Both the position numbers and the translations under genes were made by a program. Shown one piece after another: positions 11,736-28,971 of a stretch of 64,000 nt of DNA. The stretch lies in NCBI GenBank assembly GCA_951406725.2, contig OX597814.1, forward strand, positions 4,092,001 to 4,156,000, given 5' to 3'. The notes below the pieces were generated by a model. It did no database searches. It was not told where the DNA came from and saw only the letters and a list, made by a program, of their open reading frames with translations. Positions within the stretch are counted from its first letter, which is position 1. Each line of letters opens with the position of its first letter. Source of the stretch: Octopus vulgaris. Its lineage: Eukaryota.

Positions 11736-11969
11736 TACACGCATGGAATGGAATGATGCTGCTCTTAATCTGAGGATGTCGACGACGATGAGGAGCAAGA
11801 GGAGGAGGAGGGGGAAAGATTTTAAAAATTAAAATCTTCATCCTATTAGTAGTTCAGTTAGTTAGTTAGAGAGAGAGAGAGAGATCTAATCACTCTAAAA
11901 GTAATGGTTTGTTTCCAAGAACATTACAACAAAGACATTTATCACGTGAGAGAGTTAGAATTGGAAGGA

Positions 11970-12005
<36 letters not shown>

Positions 12006-12690
12006 CAGAAAGAAAGAAGGAAAGAAAGAAAGAAAAAAAGAAAGGAAGAAAGAAAAAAAGAAAGACAGAAAGAAAGAAAGAAAGAAAGAAAGAAGGAAAG
12101 AAAGAAAGAAAGCGAATACAATCTAGATCGTTATCAAATGTTGCAGACATGACTAGAAATGTAATAAGTAAAAATTGGTTCATTTAAGTGTATGAAGAAC
12201 AGAAATAATTGACGAAGGCTGACAGATGCTACAATCAACAAGTTGTGCCTCAATAGTTTACTGGTACCTTTTGCAATCAGCGAGAAAGATTATATGTGGT
12301 CTCCTAGTAACAAAAAAAGACATAGCAGCTAAAATTTGTCTCATCTGATTCCCTAACGTTTTAGAAATGATAAATAGAGTTTGTTCTCCTACCCCACCGA
12401 TTGGCAACTGCTGTTAGTTCGTTTACGTCCCCTTAACTTAGCGGTTCGGCATGAGGAGCCAGTAGTATAAGCGCCAGACTTAAAAGCTTCGAGGCAGTTG
12501 TCCCAGCATTGCCACATTCCAACGAATAGAAATGACTTGGGTGTTTAGAAAAGGTGACTCTGACAGGAATTTCCCGCTTCAGAGCGGTTCTCAAACTGAT
12601 ATTTTAGAGTTTGCTATCCACTGTGAATGTAGAACAGTTTAATTACCACACACACACACACACACACACACATAGAGACGTCTCTCTATT

Positions 12691-12753
<63 letters not shown>

Positions 12754-12786
12754 AGGTTTGGAGATGATGTACAGGTATTATATATT

Positions 12787-13047
12787 AGAAGAAATAAGGT
12801 AATCAGAAGATCGGATGGTTTATATTTACAGATCTTTATTTATATATTACAATTTATTTATATATATCATATCATTTAGATCATTAGTGCTTTCTCCCAT
12901 TCTAGTGGGGTTTTCAAATCAAAAACCCCACTAGAATGGGAGAAAGCGCTAATGATCTAAGTGATATGATATATATATAAAAAATGTAATATATAAATAA
13001 ATATCTGTAAATATAAACCATCCGATCTTCTGATTACCTTATTTCTT

Positions 13048-13050
<3 letters not shown>
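12787..13050. mobile_element. Near-perfect ~130-bp-arm fold-back in (TA)n with an HHR remnant at its centre
   Basis: Arms at 12787-12915 and 12922-13050; CCCA ctagaa TGGG A GAAAG cg CTA next to the symmetry axis. Confidence 0.7.
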
Positions 13051-13081
<31 letters not shown>

Positions 13082-13164
13082 TACTTATCGCCATACTAAT
13101 ATGGCAGTCTATAAATATAAGACTAAAGCTGTCGCTGATTAGTTCTAAAGCTGTCGCTGATATA

Positions 13165-13297
13165 TGTCCCTTTCTGTAGAAGAGCGTAGGCTCGAAACGT
13201 AAAATACTTTTTCTATTCCTGCGCGTTATACTAATACATCTGTTTGTTTTGTACACCACCTGTCTTCGTCTTTTGTTTTTACGTGAATTCTCCCTGT
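13165..13297 (+). mobile_element. Family H1 copy, HHR-like motif at 13170-13205
   Basis: cttt CTGTAGA A GAGC GTAG GCTC GAAAC GTA aaa; ends in (TA)n. Confidence 0.78.
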
Positions 13298-13613
13298 ATA
13301 TATATATATATATATATACAAAATATATATAAAAGTGGACAGCCTATATGCTAAACATAGACGTCAAATCGCCATTACCACGAAGAATGTGTTCTCTTGA
13401 TGTTTAGCATATAGGCTATCTACTTTTAATGGTCAGTCCTCTAAATTTTGTATATAAAGCAATTTTTAATCTTCGGATTTTTTTCAAATATGCTAAGCCA
13501 CTGGTTTTAATTGATTAATATCAATTTCTACCCTTATTTAATTTTATATATATATATATATGTATATATATATGTATATATATTTATGTGTATATATATA
13601 TATACATATATAC

Positions 13614-13648
<35 letters not shown>

Positions 13649-13851
13649 CATACACACATATACACACACACACACACTCACACAACAGACTTCCTTCAAT
13701 TTCTATCTACCAAATCTACTCACACTGCTTTGTTTGGCCCGGGGCTATAGTAGAAGACACTTTCCCAAGATGTCACGCAGCGGGATTGAACCTGGAATCT
13801 TGTGGTTGGGAAGCAATGTATGAATATACGTAGCGTGGGTAAAAGATAGAA

Positions 13852-15323
<1,472 letters not shown>

Positions 15324-15765
15324 CTCTTCAATTACAACCGCGCCAAAATGTGTAAATGTGTGTAAATGTTTATTTTTTGTCTTCTAAACATGTTTCAGTC
15401 ATTCGACTGCGGCCATGCGGAGGCACCGCCTTGGAGAATTTTAGTCGAACCAATCCACACCACTGCTTATTCTATCGGTACCTTTTGCCGAACCGCTAAC
15501 CGGAGGTCAAGCGGTGGTGGGAAACAGACACAAAAGATTCATAGATGTTTTCGTGCGTGTGTATGTGTGTGCGTTTATATATATATATATGTGTGTGCGT
15601 GTGTGTGTGTGAGTTATATATATATATATGTGCGTGTGTGTGTGTTTATATATATATATATATATATATATGTGCGTGTGTTTATATATGTGTGCGTGTG
15701 TGTGTGTGTATATATATATGTGTGTGTGTTTATATATCTATATGTGTGTGCGCATGTCTGTGCGT

Positions 15766-15815
<50 letters not shown>

Positions 15816-15840
15816 TTATATATGTGTGTGCGTGTGTGTT

Positions 15841-15903
<63 letters not shown>

Positions 15904-16135
15904 GTGTGTATTAAATAATGAAATGTATTACACAGTAATGGTTCAGGAATTTCTACGGATTTCGCTTTTGGGTTTGCATTTTATTTTGGTGTATATTGTT
16001 TAAAAATGTAAATTGTTGCACCCCACCCCATTACCACACACACACACACACGTACATAGGCACACATACTCATGCGTATAGTTGTACACAAATATAAATA
16101 TAATACATCTCTCTCTTTCTCTCTCTCTCTCTCCC

Positions 16136-16228
<93 letters not shown>

Positions 16229-16279
16229 ATATTATAATACATCCCTATATAAATATATACTTTTATTATTTTAATCGTG

Positions 16280-16606
16280 CAACTCGACCCCGGGACTTAT
16301 TCTTTTGTAAGCCCAGTACTTATTCTATCGGTCTCTTTTGCCGAACCGCTAAGTAACGGGGACATAAACACACACACGCATATATATACATATACAGTTT
16401 CCGTCTACCAAATCCACTCACAAGGCTTTGGTCGGTCCGAGGCTATAGTAGAAGACACTTACCTAAGGTGCCACGCAGTGGGAGTGAACCCGGAACCATG
16501 TGGTTGGTAAACAAGCTACTTACCACACAGTCACTCCTAGTGGGACTGAACCCGGAACCATGTGGTTGGTAAACAAGCTACTTACCACACAGCCACTCCT
16601 GCGCCT
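16280..16606 (-). mobile_element. SINE family A with a tandemly duplicated head
   Basis: gaacccggaaccatgtggttggtaaacaagctacttaccacacag occurs twice (~16486 and ~16548). Confidence 0.8.
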
Positions 16607-16699
16607 ATATATATATATATATATACATATAATTATATATGCATGCATTTATATACATACAAACGTATGTGTACGCACCTACATGTCTACAAACAGACA

Positions 16700-16777
<78 letters not shown>

Positions 16778-16903
16778 ATGTATGTATGTATGTATATATT
16801 ATAATACATCCCTATATAAATATATACTTTTATTCTTTTATTTGATTCAGTCATTTGACTGCGACCATGCTTGAGCACCGCCCATCTGTATGAAAATATG
16901 TTT

Positions 16904-16980
<77 letters not shown>

Positions 16981-18124
16981 TTATATATGCATACATTTAT
17001 ATACATACAAACGTATGTGTACGCACCTACATGTCTACACACAGACATACATATGTGTGTGTGTGTGTGTGTGTTGACCTTTATGAATATTTGTGGGTAT
17101 AGATATAGACACATATATACACACAAACACACACATATACTCATACATTCACAATCGCGCACACACACACACACACACACACAGACATACTGACAAACCC
17201 GCCAGTGATATAACAGAACGCAGTACATAGGAACTCAAGTTATTCGCCGCCGCCCCACCCCCTCCTAGTCCCATCTTCACTGACTTCCTCCATCTTAAAA
17301 CCTTTTATTTACCAACATAAAATGGCCGTCGTTCAAATCTTTCTTCGCTTTCTTTATGCAGCTGTCCTTCCTCTCCCCCCTCCTGCCCCGTCGCCTTTCA
17401 AATCTTTTCTTGTCTCCCCTTGTTGTCCCCTTTTATTCCGTTTCTCCTCCATCCTCTTCATCATCCTTTCTCTCGTCTTATCCTCCTTCACTTTTTCCTT
17501 TCATACTTCTTCCTCTCTTTCGCCCACTCCCTCTCTTCCTCTCCCTCTCCCTCTCCGACTCCTTTCCTCTCCTTGCTCTCCCGCTCACCATATTTTCATT
17601 AAACATCGGATGTTACAGCCAATAACCTCATTTTTCAGCAATTATCTGGAAGTCTATCAAGGTCAACCATTTTCTTAAATGAACATCAGGACAATCGCTG
17701 GCTTTTCTGCCCCACATAGGGGCCCACACTGATGTTGTTTACCTAACATTTCTGCTCCTCAAACCGAACCCTACCCAACCACCACATCAGATACTTTTGT
17801 ATTTATTCTCCCTAATATTTATTTTCGTCTCTGGATTTCCCTTTTATTTGTTAAGTCTACAAGACCAACACAATGTTATGTGATCCCACACAGATATATC
17901 TGCCGTGGTCTCCCCTCCTCACCACCAACACCAACCCCCACATTATGCTTACCCCACTCACATCAACCAGTTACTATCCCCCCACACTCCCCTCTCTATT
18001 TCTTCCTCCCTCCCTCTTTCTTTATCTATCTCTCTTTTTCTCTCTCTCTCTTGCTCTTTTCTCTTCCTCTTTCTCTCTCTCTCTCTCTCATATCATTCCT
18101 GGACCTCGTTTCATTCATTCTTCC

Positions 18125-18235
<111 letters not shown>

Positions 18236-18249
18236 ATATGTATATATAT

Positions 18250-20599
18250 TTTTTTTTTCTTGTTTCAGCTCAGAGCTGCGGCCATGCTGATGCACCGCCG
18301 TTTTGTGCTACACTGTTATTACGAAGAACCTCGTCTAATATGTGGCACTTGGTGAAGAATGGAGTTTGATATGGCTACTCTCATTTGCACCTCTCGCCGT
18401 GAGGTAGGTTCATCTGGGACTCTTGACAGGAAGATGTCCAGCTTTGATTTAAAAACCGCTACATCTACTTTGTGCAAGTTCCTCAGACTCTTTGGAAGAA
18501 TATCAAAAAGCTGTGGGCCCTTGAAACCCAGGCAGTTGCAGAAGCTGGTCCTGAAGCGTGATGGCATTGCTGAGATCTTTGGCACTATTCAGTGTCGTCC
18601 CGTTCTAGCATTGGTGTAGCTTACAATGCCAAAATTTGGCACAATTCCTTCCAGGATCTTCCAGACATATATTACTGCATACCTCTCCCGTCTCTCCAGG
18701 GAGTAGAGTCTTAGCTGTTTCAACCTTTCCCAGTAGCTGAACTGTTGCAAAGAGACGATCTTCTTTGTGAATCTTCTCTGGATTGCTTCAAGGTCCGCTG
18801 TTAATTTCACACTGGTGAGTGACCATAGCTGTGAACAGTAATTCAGGCGGCTGAGGTCGAATGTCCGCCAGAGGACCATCATGGTTTCCTTATCTCTGGT
18901 TCTGAATGTTCTTAGGATCCATCCATCCAGTCGTCTGCACTTTGTCGCCATCCTGGTAATGTGCACTTGGAAAGAGGTATCATCACTCATGTCGATACCC
19001 AGGTCCCTCACAGACTTAGGCTCTGGGATTGAAATTCCCTGTGGACCGGTGTATCCTGTAAGTTTAATATTCAGTTTTGGATGCTGGAAGCGCAGGGCCT
19101 GGAATTTTTCAGCATTAAACTGCATATTATTATCCTCAGCTCATCTGTAGATTGAGTCCAACTATTGCTGCAGGTGTGCAACATCGCTGGGGTTCTGTAT
19201 TTTCTGCGAGACTTTCGTATCGTCTGCATAGCTTGCCAAAGTGGCTATCCGGGCATTTGAGGGCATATCTGAGAGGGCCACTATAAAAAGCAGTGGTCCC
19301 AAGACAGTGCCCTGTGGAACACCGCTCACTATTTGTGTGTTCATAGAGGTGGCTCCATTAATCACTACTGCCTGACTCCTATCTTTCAGGAAGTCATGTA
19401 GCCACACTCCAAGTTTTCCAGCTATGCCCAGGTCACGCAGTTTGTGGCATATCATACCATGATCCACCTTGTCAAAAGCTTTTGCAAAATCAAGGTAGAT
19501 TACGTCCACATTTGTAACAGCTGGGTCAGGCAGCTCCTACCTGGTCGAAAACCATGCTGGGTATCACTCAGCAAGTTATTTTCCTCAAGGAATGCGATTA
19601 GTTTCTTTCTGACTATCCGTTCCATGACTTTGCTGATGTGTGAAGTCAGAGAAATAGGCCTATAGTTTTTGGCATCTGCTCTACTTCCCCCCTTTATGTA
19701 TTGGGCATATTATTCCCTCCTTCAGCTTGCTTGGCAGTTTGCCATTTGTAAGAAAGCTCTGGAAGAGAATCTTGAGGGGTTTTGCCAGGGCATGCTTACA
19801 CGCTTTGAGGAGGATGGCTGGGAAACCATCTGGACCAGCAGTTGAGTTTGTGTTCACTTCATCTATGGCTAGTAGGACATCGTCTTCGCTAATGTCAATA
19901 CATTCTATTGTAATCGCCTCGCTGGTTATAGGTGAGGCGGCAAAGAAGCCCACTGGTTCGTTCACTTGTCTGTGTTCCAATGGTAAAGACACTTTTGAAC
20001 TGGTCATTCAGCATCTCACTGATCTTAGTTGGACTGTCTGTGAGGGAGCCATCCTTTTGGAAGATGGGTCTTATCTTGTAGTGTACTGAGACTGTTTCTT
20101 TCGCGTAATGAAAGAAGGTCTTTGGGTTTGATTTAATGTTTTTTATAACCCAGGCTTCTTTGTCTGCTTTCTCCTTCACATAGGATTGTTGCAGCCTTTT
20201 TTCGATCTCCATCAGTGTTGTTTTTAGGCGGGACATTTCGCTACTTTTGGGATGTTGGTTGAGTCGATTTGCAACCTTCGTCCGTCGTCTCATGAGGATC
20301 TTCCTGTCTCGTGGAATCTTGCTCCTATTTGTTTTGGCCTTGTGCTCTGGGACATATTTCTGGCATACGGCTTGTACAGAAGACATGAAACATTCTAGTT
20401 TCATGTCAATGTCTGGTGTGGAGAGACATTCCGGCCAGTCCTCTCTGAAGATCTCTTTTTTGGATCGATTTCCAATCTGCTTTGTGGAAGTTCAGATTGG
20501 AGAGATTTCGGGTGCTTCCTTTAGGCTGTATGTCTCTGGTTACTTTTGGTCCAAACATAGACAGCTCTATTATGTTGTGATCCGAAACTAATGTCGGTG

Positions 20600-20600
<1 letters not shown>
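18250..20600 (-). mobile_element. CR1-group LINE ORF2 (reverse transcriptase) remnant with intact 3' end
   Basis: AGPDGFPAILLK, NYRPISLTS, DVIYLDFAKAFDKVDHG, SGVPQGTVLGPLLF, YADDTK, MQFNAEKF, RDLGI, YWERLKQLRLYSLERR. Frameshifts, an internal deletion near 19510, 5' truncation at (TA)n. Confidence 0.93.
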
Positions 20601-20669
<69 letters not shown>

Positions 20670-20673
<4 letters not shown>

Positions 20674-20790
20674 TCCCGGCGGCGCGTTTTGTCCTTGAGC
20701 AAAGCACTTTATTTCCAGTGCACTCAGCTGGCAAAAATGAGTAGCACCTGTATTTGGAAGGGCCAGCCTTGTCACACTCTGTATCACGCT
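20670..20790 (+). mobile_element. SINE family C, partial
   Basis: gtccttgagcaaagcacttt...cactcagctggcaaaaa matches 41143-41472. Confidence 0.7.
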
Positions 20791-20814
20791 TAAACTCTTG
20801 TAGTCTTAATCTCT

Positions 20815-21146
<332 letters not shown>

Positions 21147-23712
21147 CAAATATGTATATTACTTTATAATTAGTTAATTAGTGTTTATACAAATTAAGAA
21201 ATTCATACAGCACGAATATGTCTTGATATTATTTCTCTCCCTTTCCATGATAAATCTTTTACTATATGGTTGATATTTTGGCGTAAACTACCTTAGTCTT
21301 AGCTTGAAAATTTTTTATAGAAATTCAGATGTGTTTTGTAAAGCAAACTCGTTAATCGACGAGTTACATTTGGGATGTTTGTTTTGCTTTTGAGTTTTCT
21401 TAGGCTGTTGTTGTTGTAAGGTTTTTGGTCTGTTTTTGCATTTTTTTAAACAGATTGAACAGAAACGATCTGATAAATTGTTTCTTTTTTACTCGTTGCC
21501 TGTCTGATATCGATGTCCGCCGCTTGTTTCCTTATTATATTTTTATAATTATTTGCTATTAGCTATCAATGTGGTTCAGCTAAAGTCTGTTTCTGCTTTA
21601 AATGCAGAGTTTTCGAGCAAAGGCGGCAAACTGGCAGACTCGTCAAACCGTTGGTCGGTTTGAATGTCCCATAGTATTTGTTCCGAGACTCCTTATTATA
21701 AGATCTAAGGACACCGAAGTCAGCTTTGCTTTTATCATTTCAAGCTAAGTCCAGGGTATTTTATGCCAAAATACCAGCCATATAGTGAATGATTCATCAT
21801 GGAAAGAGAAAGAAAATACGAAACCTAGGCTGTGGATTGGTGGGACAGTTAGAACATCGGACCAAATACCATGTGGTATTTATTCTGGATCTTTATCCTC
21901 TGAGGTCAAGTTCCACCATGACTTACATGTGTGGTGGACGTAGTCCATCGCCCGGATTAGCATCACCACCACGAGCTCCTTGATGACCATTAATGGAGTC
22001 CACTTTTTCACAGGCGTTAGGGGTCAGGTTTCCACTTTGAGGATCCCTCGGTCCTTCCTACAAGCCAAAGAGACCCTGTAAATGTTCATGAAGACTGCCT
22101 TCTCTCCTAACTGAAATTTTTTTTTAATGAGGATTATTTCACAGTTGCTTCTATCACTTGTTTCAGTCATTAAGCTACGGTCTAAGGTGCCAAGCAGTGA
22201 GACTGAACCCAAAATTATATAGCTGAGAAGCAAACTTCTTACCACACAGCCACGCCTGCGCCTACATCTAGACGAGTAGCAGATTGTTCCGCCGTTGCCC
22301 CATCCACAGATAAGTAGAGACATCAAGTGTACACGTCACGTGCACAACCCATCAACCCTTGCACCAGATTTGAACTCACAATCTTTCGACCAACAACAAA
22401 TCAATTCCGTATTTACTCGGCCAGCACAACTCCACAACTTTCCTTTCATAAAAGCAACCAAAATGCTGGTAGTACTTAGCTCGACATAATTCGAGCTCAA
22501 TGCTGCTATGTCAATCTATACAAGCTACAGCCATCATAGTAATCGTTCACGTGACCGGAAGTAAGGATTTTAAAGTCTACGACTCAATAGTTTTAAGACA
22601 TAAAGTGGAAAAATTTTTGTCTTTATTGATAACGTATGAAGAAAGGAACCCTTCTTTAACGAACGCAGGCTGTTAACGCCATCAACTTTATGAGGGAAAG
22701 TAATTCAACAAATTTTGATGAATATTTCCCCGTGGCCGTATATTTTACATCATGGCTGCTGTCATGTTAAGTACGTTGGGGGAGGAGGTATTTATGTACA
22801 CAGGTGTGAATGTATTCTAAAGATTTGTATATAAAGACAGTCGTGCGGTAAGGGCGAATGAGGAAATCTATACATACATGAGTGTATGTGTGTATATGTA
22901 TGTATGCACACATACATGTATGTACGGGTAAAACCCGCTGCTCTTCTGAGCCGGATTTCTTGCGCTCTGCTTGTGATCCGGGCTTCTTGGTATTGCTAGT
23001 GAGAGTGGTTTTGGTGTTGTGTCAGCTGCACTCGACTTAAAACATTTGTGAGGGCAAACTGGGAATTATGATAATATGATATAATATATAATAGATATTA
23101 ACACGTACACACGTATGCATGTGTGTGTGTGTGTGTGTATGAGTGTGTGTGTGTGTGTGTTTAAACTAGTAGTTGCCATTTGTAGTTATTGTTACCGTTT
23201 TGAATCCAAAAGTGACGGTCAGAGAGTCTCAACGCTGATGCAAGGTTCGTGTGTAAGCACTTCTGATCCTTTTGTCAGAGACACACTCCTTATCTTGATG
23301 AGTTCGAACCCCAGGAAATTACAGGACGGCCACACTTCATATGGAAATGAACAATTCAGTCAAGGCACATGGAAGGGTAGAAATGGCGGTGGCGGTCGGG
23401 TGGAGTTAGTTTGGTCACAAAGAGATGGATGGGTAGACGTGTGGGTGAGTCACTGCGAACCGTATTTCTATGTTGATGGAACAACAACGACCAGGTTACA
23501 AGAACGGCACCAATCCCAAAACAGCTCTGATGAGGAGAAATATGAGGAAGAGGATCATCCGTGATTATACTAACCGACCAAATTTCGTTTTCATTTCGTT
23601 TTCCGTTTTCCTTCATGTTAACACAACTGACGTGTTTGCAACGAAACGTTATGACCATACGGTAAATGCTGAGATGCGCGCACACACACACACACACACA
23701 TATAAATATATA

Positions 23713-23769
<57 letters not shown>

Positions 23770-23770
<1 letters not shown>

Positions 23771-23921
23771 ACAAGTTTTTTTTATTCTCTCTCTGTTTAT
23801 TTTCTCTTATTCCTTTCTGATGAAGAGCGTCGGCTCGAAACGTAAAAGACTTTCTCACTTTCCCGAGCGTCAAATTATTACACTTGCTTGTTCTTCATAC
23901 ATCTGTCTTTGTCTTTTGTTT
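23770..23921 (+). mobile_element. Family H1 copy
   Basis: Collinear with the other H1 copies; lies between (TA)n and (CA)n. Confidence 0.78.
23813..23848 (+). ncRNA. Minimal hammerhead ribozyme, canonical core
   Basis: cttt CTGATGA A GAGC gtcg GCTC GAAAC GTA aaag; stem III is reduced to the palindrome ACGT. Confidence 0.8.
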
Positions 23922-23971
23922 ACACACACACACACACACATAATTATATATATAATATATACATATATATA

Positions 23972-24242
23972 TATACATACATACATGCATGCATGTATGC
24001 ATACATACATACATACATACATACATACATACATACATACATACATACATACATACATACATACATACATACATACATACATACATACATACATACATGC
24101 ATGCATACATACATACATACATACATACATACATACATACATACATACATACATACATACATAAATACATAAATACATACATACATACATACATACATAC
24201 ATGCATGCATACATACATACATACATACATACATACATACAT

Positions 24243-24275
<33 letters not shown>

Positions 24276-24475
24276 GACATACATACATACATACACACAT
24301 GCATGCATACATACATACACACATACATACATATATACATATATACATATATACATACATACATACACACACACATACACACACACATACATACATACAT
24401 ACATACATACATACATACACACATACATACATATATACATATATACATACATACATACATACATACATACATACA

Positions 24476-24509
<34 letters not shown>

Positions 24510-24782
24510 CATATATACATATATACATACATACATACATATATACATACATACATACACACACACATACATACATACATACATACATACATACATACAT
24601 ACATACATACATACATACATACATACATACATACGTACGTACATACATACATACATACATACATACATACATACATACATACATACATACATACATACAT
24701 ACATACATACATACATACATACATACATACATACATACATACATACATACATACATACATACATACATACATACATACATAC
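23972..24782. repeat. (ACAT)n tetranucleotide array
   Basis: Seen directly in the sequence. Confidence 0.95.
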
Positions 24783-24837
24783 GTAGTTGGGGCGCGAAGC
24801 AGCTTTCTGAAAGTGAAATTTAAAAAATACTTTTAGA

Positions 24838-25075
24838 CAAGTTCAAATATGTTTGGGACATGTTTGATGTACAAAAAGGCTATTTACACCGCGGTTTGCC
24901 TTGGAGAAAAATTCTCACTTTCGGCAAAAGTAATGTAAAACACCCATAAATATAAACATTTCGAGCCTTTTATGCTCTCATCAGTATTAAATACCTAATG
25001 GGACAACTACGAATTGTAGTGTAGATATGGCCATTTTATGGGTCAAATGTGTTCCAAACATATTTCAACTTACCA
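24838..25075 (-). mobile_element. Short inverted-arm element with a degenerate HHR (~24948-24988)
   Basis: aata CTGATGA GAGC ataaaag GCTC GAAAT gt TTA tatt; arms at 24838-24868 and 25042-25072. Confidence 0.55.
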
Positions 25076-25134
25076 AAAAGTTTATATATATATATATATG
25101 ATATAATATAATATAATATAATATAATATAATAT

Positions 25135-25267
25135 CACGTGATCACGTGACCGACCAGACCATCAGATGTTGCTACACCAGACCATCAGATGTTGCTAGTC
25201 ACAATGCGTTCGCATTGTTTTAGCCTTCGAATGACGCCACCCCGCTGGCCAAGCGAGCAGGCCAATA
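25135..25267 (-). mobile_element. 3' part of a SINE C-type element
   Basis: cacgtgatcacg...acaatgcgttcgcattgttttagccttcgaatgac matches 39073-39195. Confidence 0.7.
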
Positions 25268-26003
25268 ATATATAATATAATATAATATAATATAATATAA
25301 TATAATATAATATAATATAATATAATATAATATATATGCAGATAGATAGATAGATAGATAGATAGATGGATGGATGGATGGATGGATGGATGGATGGATA
25401 GATAGAAAGATAGAAAGATAGAAAGATGAATGGATGGATGGATGGATGGATAGATAGACAGACATACATACATACAGACAGACAGACAGACAGACAGACG
25501 GACGGACGGACGGACGGACGGATGGATGGATGGATGGTGTGAGGTTTAATGAAAACCTCGTTGGTCAATTTGAGCAATTTCCCAAACGCTGCATGTTTCC
25601 ATGTCAATGAATTCTTCCGAACTCTTCGACTCTGTTTGGTGAACGGGGGTGGGGGAGGGTAGAGTGTGGAGACCAAGGTGGGGGAGCAGTAAAAAAAAAA
25701 GAGAGCAAGCTTTTTATCGACTTCCTATAGTTTTCCTCCTATCGATTCCCTATAGTTTTTCACCTATTGATTTCCTATAGTTCTGTGATCTAAGTGGGAA
25801 AACATTGGCGAAACATGGTAAGGAATTGATTCCTACAAAGAAGAATGGGGGGGAGAGCCCGTGGGGAAGGGGGACTCTAATTATGTGTTTGTTTGTCTGT
25901 ATGATTGTGTGTTTGTGTGTGTGTGTGTGTGAGAATGTGTTTCTGTTTGTGTGTGCAATGATGTGTGTGCATGTGTGGCAGTGTTTGTGTAACTGTGTGT
26001 CTA

Positions 26004-26039
<36 letters not shown>

Positions 26040-26045
<6 letters not shown>

Positions 26046-26483
26046 GTGAATGGAAGAAATGGAGTTGAACCAACCCCCCGATTTCAACATACATTGATAA
26101 ACAGTTTAACCATGGGCTCTTAAGGAGCGTCCTCGTTCGAATTGCTTTGCTGCGCCTCTGTTTTGTTTTGTTCTGTCAACGTAATTCCTGCTTTTTCCTG
26201 AAGAGAAAGCTGCAATATGGTATCCTTATTTAATCAGAATTTGGAAAATTGTGGCCTTTGAAACATGTGTAGAATGTAATAAAAGGAATTCTGTACAATC
26301 TTCGTTCAACTCCATTTCTTCCATTCACTAATAATATTAAACTTCAATTATCCGCACCAACGCACGGTTGCAACGCCAAATGGTCTTATCTCCAACCGTG
26401 TTTTTTTCTGCTGTGATTTTTGCTACCCAGGAATCGGTTAAACTTTTGAATAATCTGTAACAAGAAAATTCATCTTTCTATTT

Positions 26484-26490
<7 letters not shown>
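26040..26490 (+). mobile_element. HHR family H2 element between (TA)n tracts
   Basis: Inverted arms at 26043-26070 and 26304-26331; homologous to 34802-35080 and 55485-55590. Confidence 0.72.
26195..26274 (+). ncRNA. Hammerhead ribozyme motif, intact core
   Basis: ttc CTGAAGA G AAAGCTGCAAT ... ATTGTGGCCTTT GAAAC atgt GTA gaa. Confidence 0.75.
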
Positions 26491-26528
<38 letters not shown>

Positions 26529-26829
26529 CAACAATATTAAGGAATGGCCCTGATAGGCCATTCGACTCACTAGAAAGAGCAGCCAAAACTCAAACCGCTA
26601 AATATTAGTAGTAATTCAGAAATCAAAGGAAAATCAAAAACATTTACCCTAATCATCCTTGGACAATGCATTGTTTCGACGTACTTTTTGGGAAACCAGC
26701 CTAATTAATTTAAATTAAATTTAATCAAGTTAATCTACCACTGGCTCGTCTCAGAGAGAGAGAGAAAGGTGGAGGAAAACGCTAAAGAAAACACGAACAA
26801 CAACTACAATAACAACAACAATACTACAA

Positions 26830-28260
<1,431 letters not shown>

Positions 28261-28261
28261 T

Positions 28262-28382
28262 ATAGATTTTCGCCAAGGTCAGCTTTGCCTTTCATCCTTT
28301 CGGTGTCAACAAAATAAGAACCAATTGAACACTGGGATCGATGTAATCGACTCATCCCCCTCCCCCCAAAACTGATGGCCTT
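28262..28382 (+). mobile_element. SINE family B, partial
   Basis: ctttgcctttcatcctttcggtgtc. Confidence 0.7.
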
Positions 28383-28415
28383 AGTAGTAGTAGTAGCAGT
28401 AGTAGCAGTAGTAGC

Positions 28416-28456
<41 letters not shown>

Positions 28457-28495
28457 TAGTCGTGGTAGTAGGGGTGGTGGTGGTGGTGGTAGTAA

Positions 28496-28574
<79 letters not shown>

Positions 28575-28599
28575 GGTGGTAGTAGTGGTGGTGGTGGTG

Positions 28600-28631
<32 letters not shown>

Positions 28632-28971
28632 GTAAGAGAGAGCAACGCATGACACCAAAGTGACACTGGATTCAAAATACAGGGTGCGTAAGGTATTTGA
28701 GGACATACCATTTTGGGGGCGGGGGGGGGGAGGGGTCATTGCTGCATTTTCTGCTAACTCTGTATAATCTTTGTTTCAGAAAATAATAATGGCAGACACT
28801 GAGCTTACTCAAAAAATGTAGAAAGCTAACCTGAAAGTGTTAAAAATCCCTCTCCACCCAAAACAAATTTACAGAAATTGCAGTGAATCGCAGCTAATTA
28901 CGGTTAACTTGCTATAAAGCCATAAAGAAATACGAATTGGAGCGTCTAAATCATGTTGAAGAACGAAGGAT

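Noticed and set aside
23527-23550. CTGATGAGGAGAAATATG
   Set aside because: No stem II and no clear stem I.
23115-23564. 149-aa ORF, and a possible minus-strand PLE endonuclease remnant
   Set aside because: The ORF starts in a (TG)n repeat and has no recognisable domain; the PLE similarity is too weak to call.
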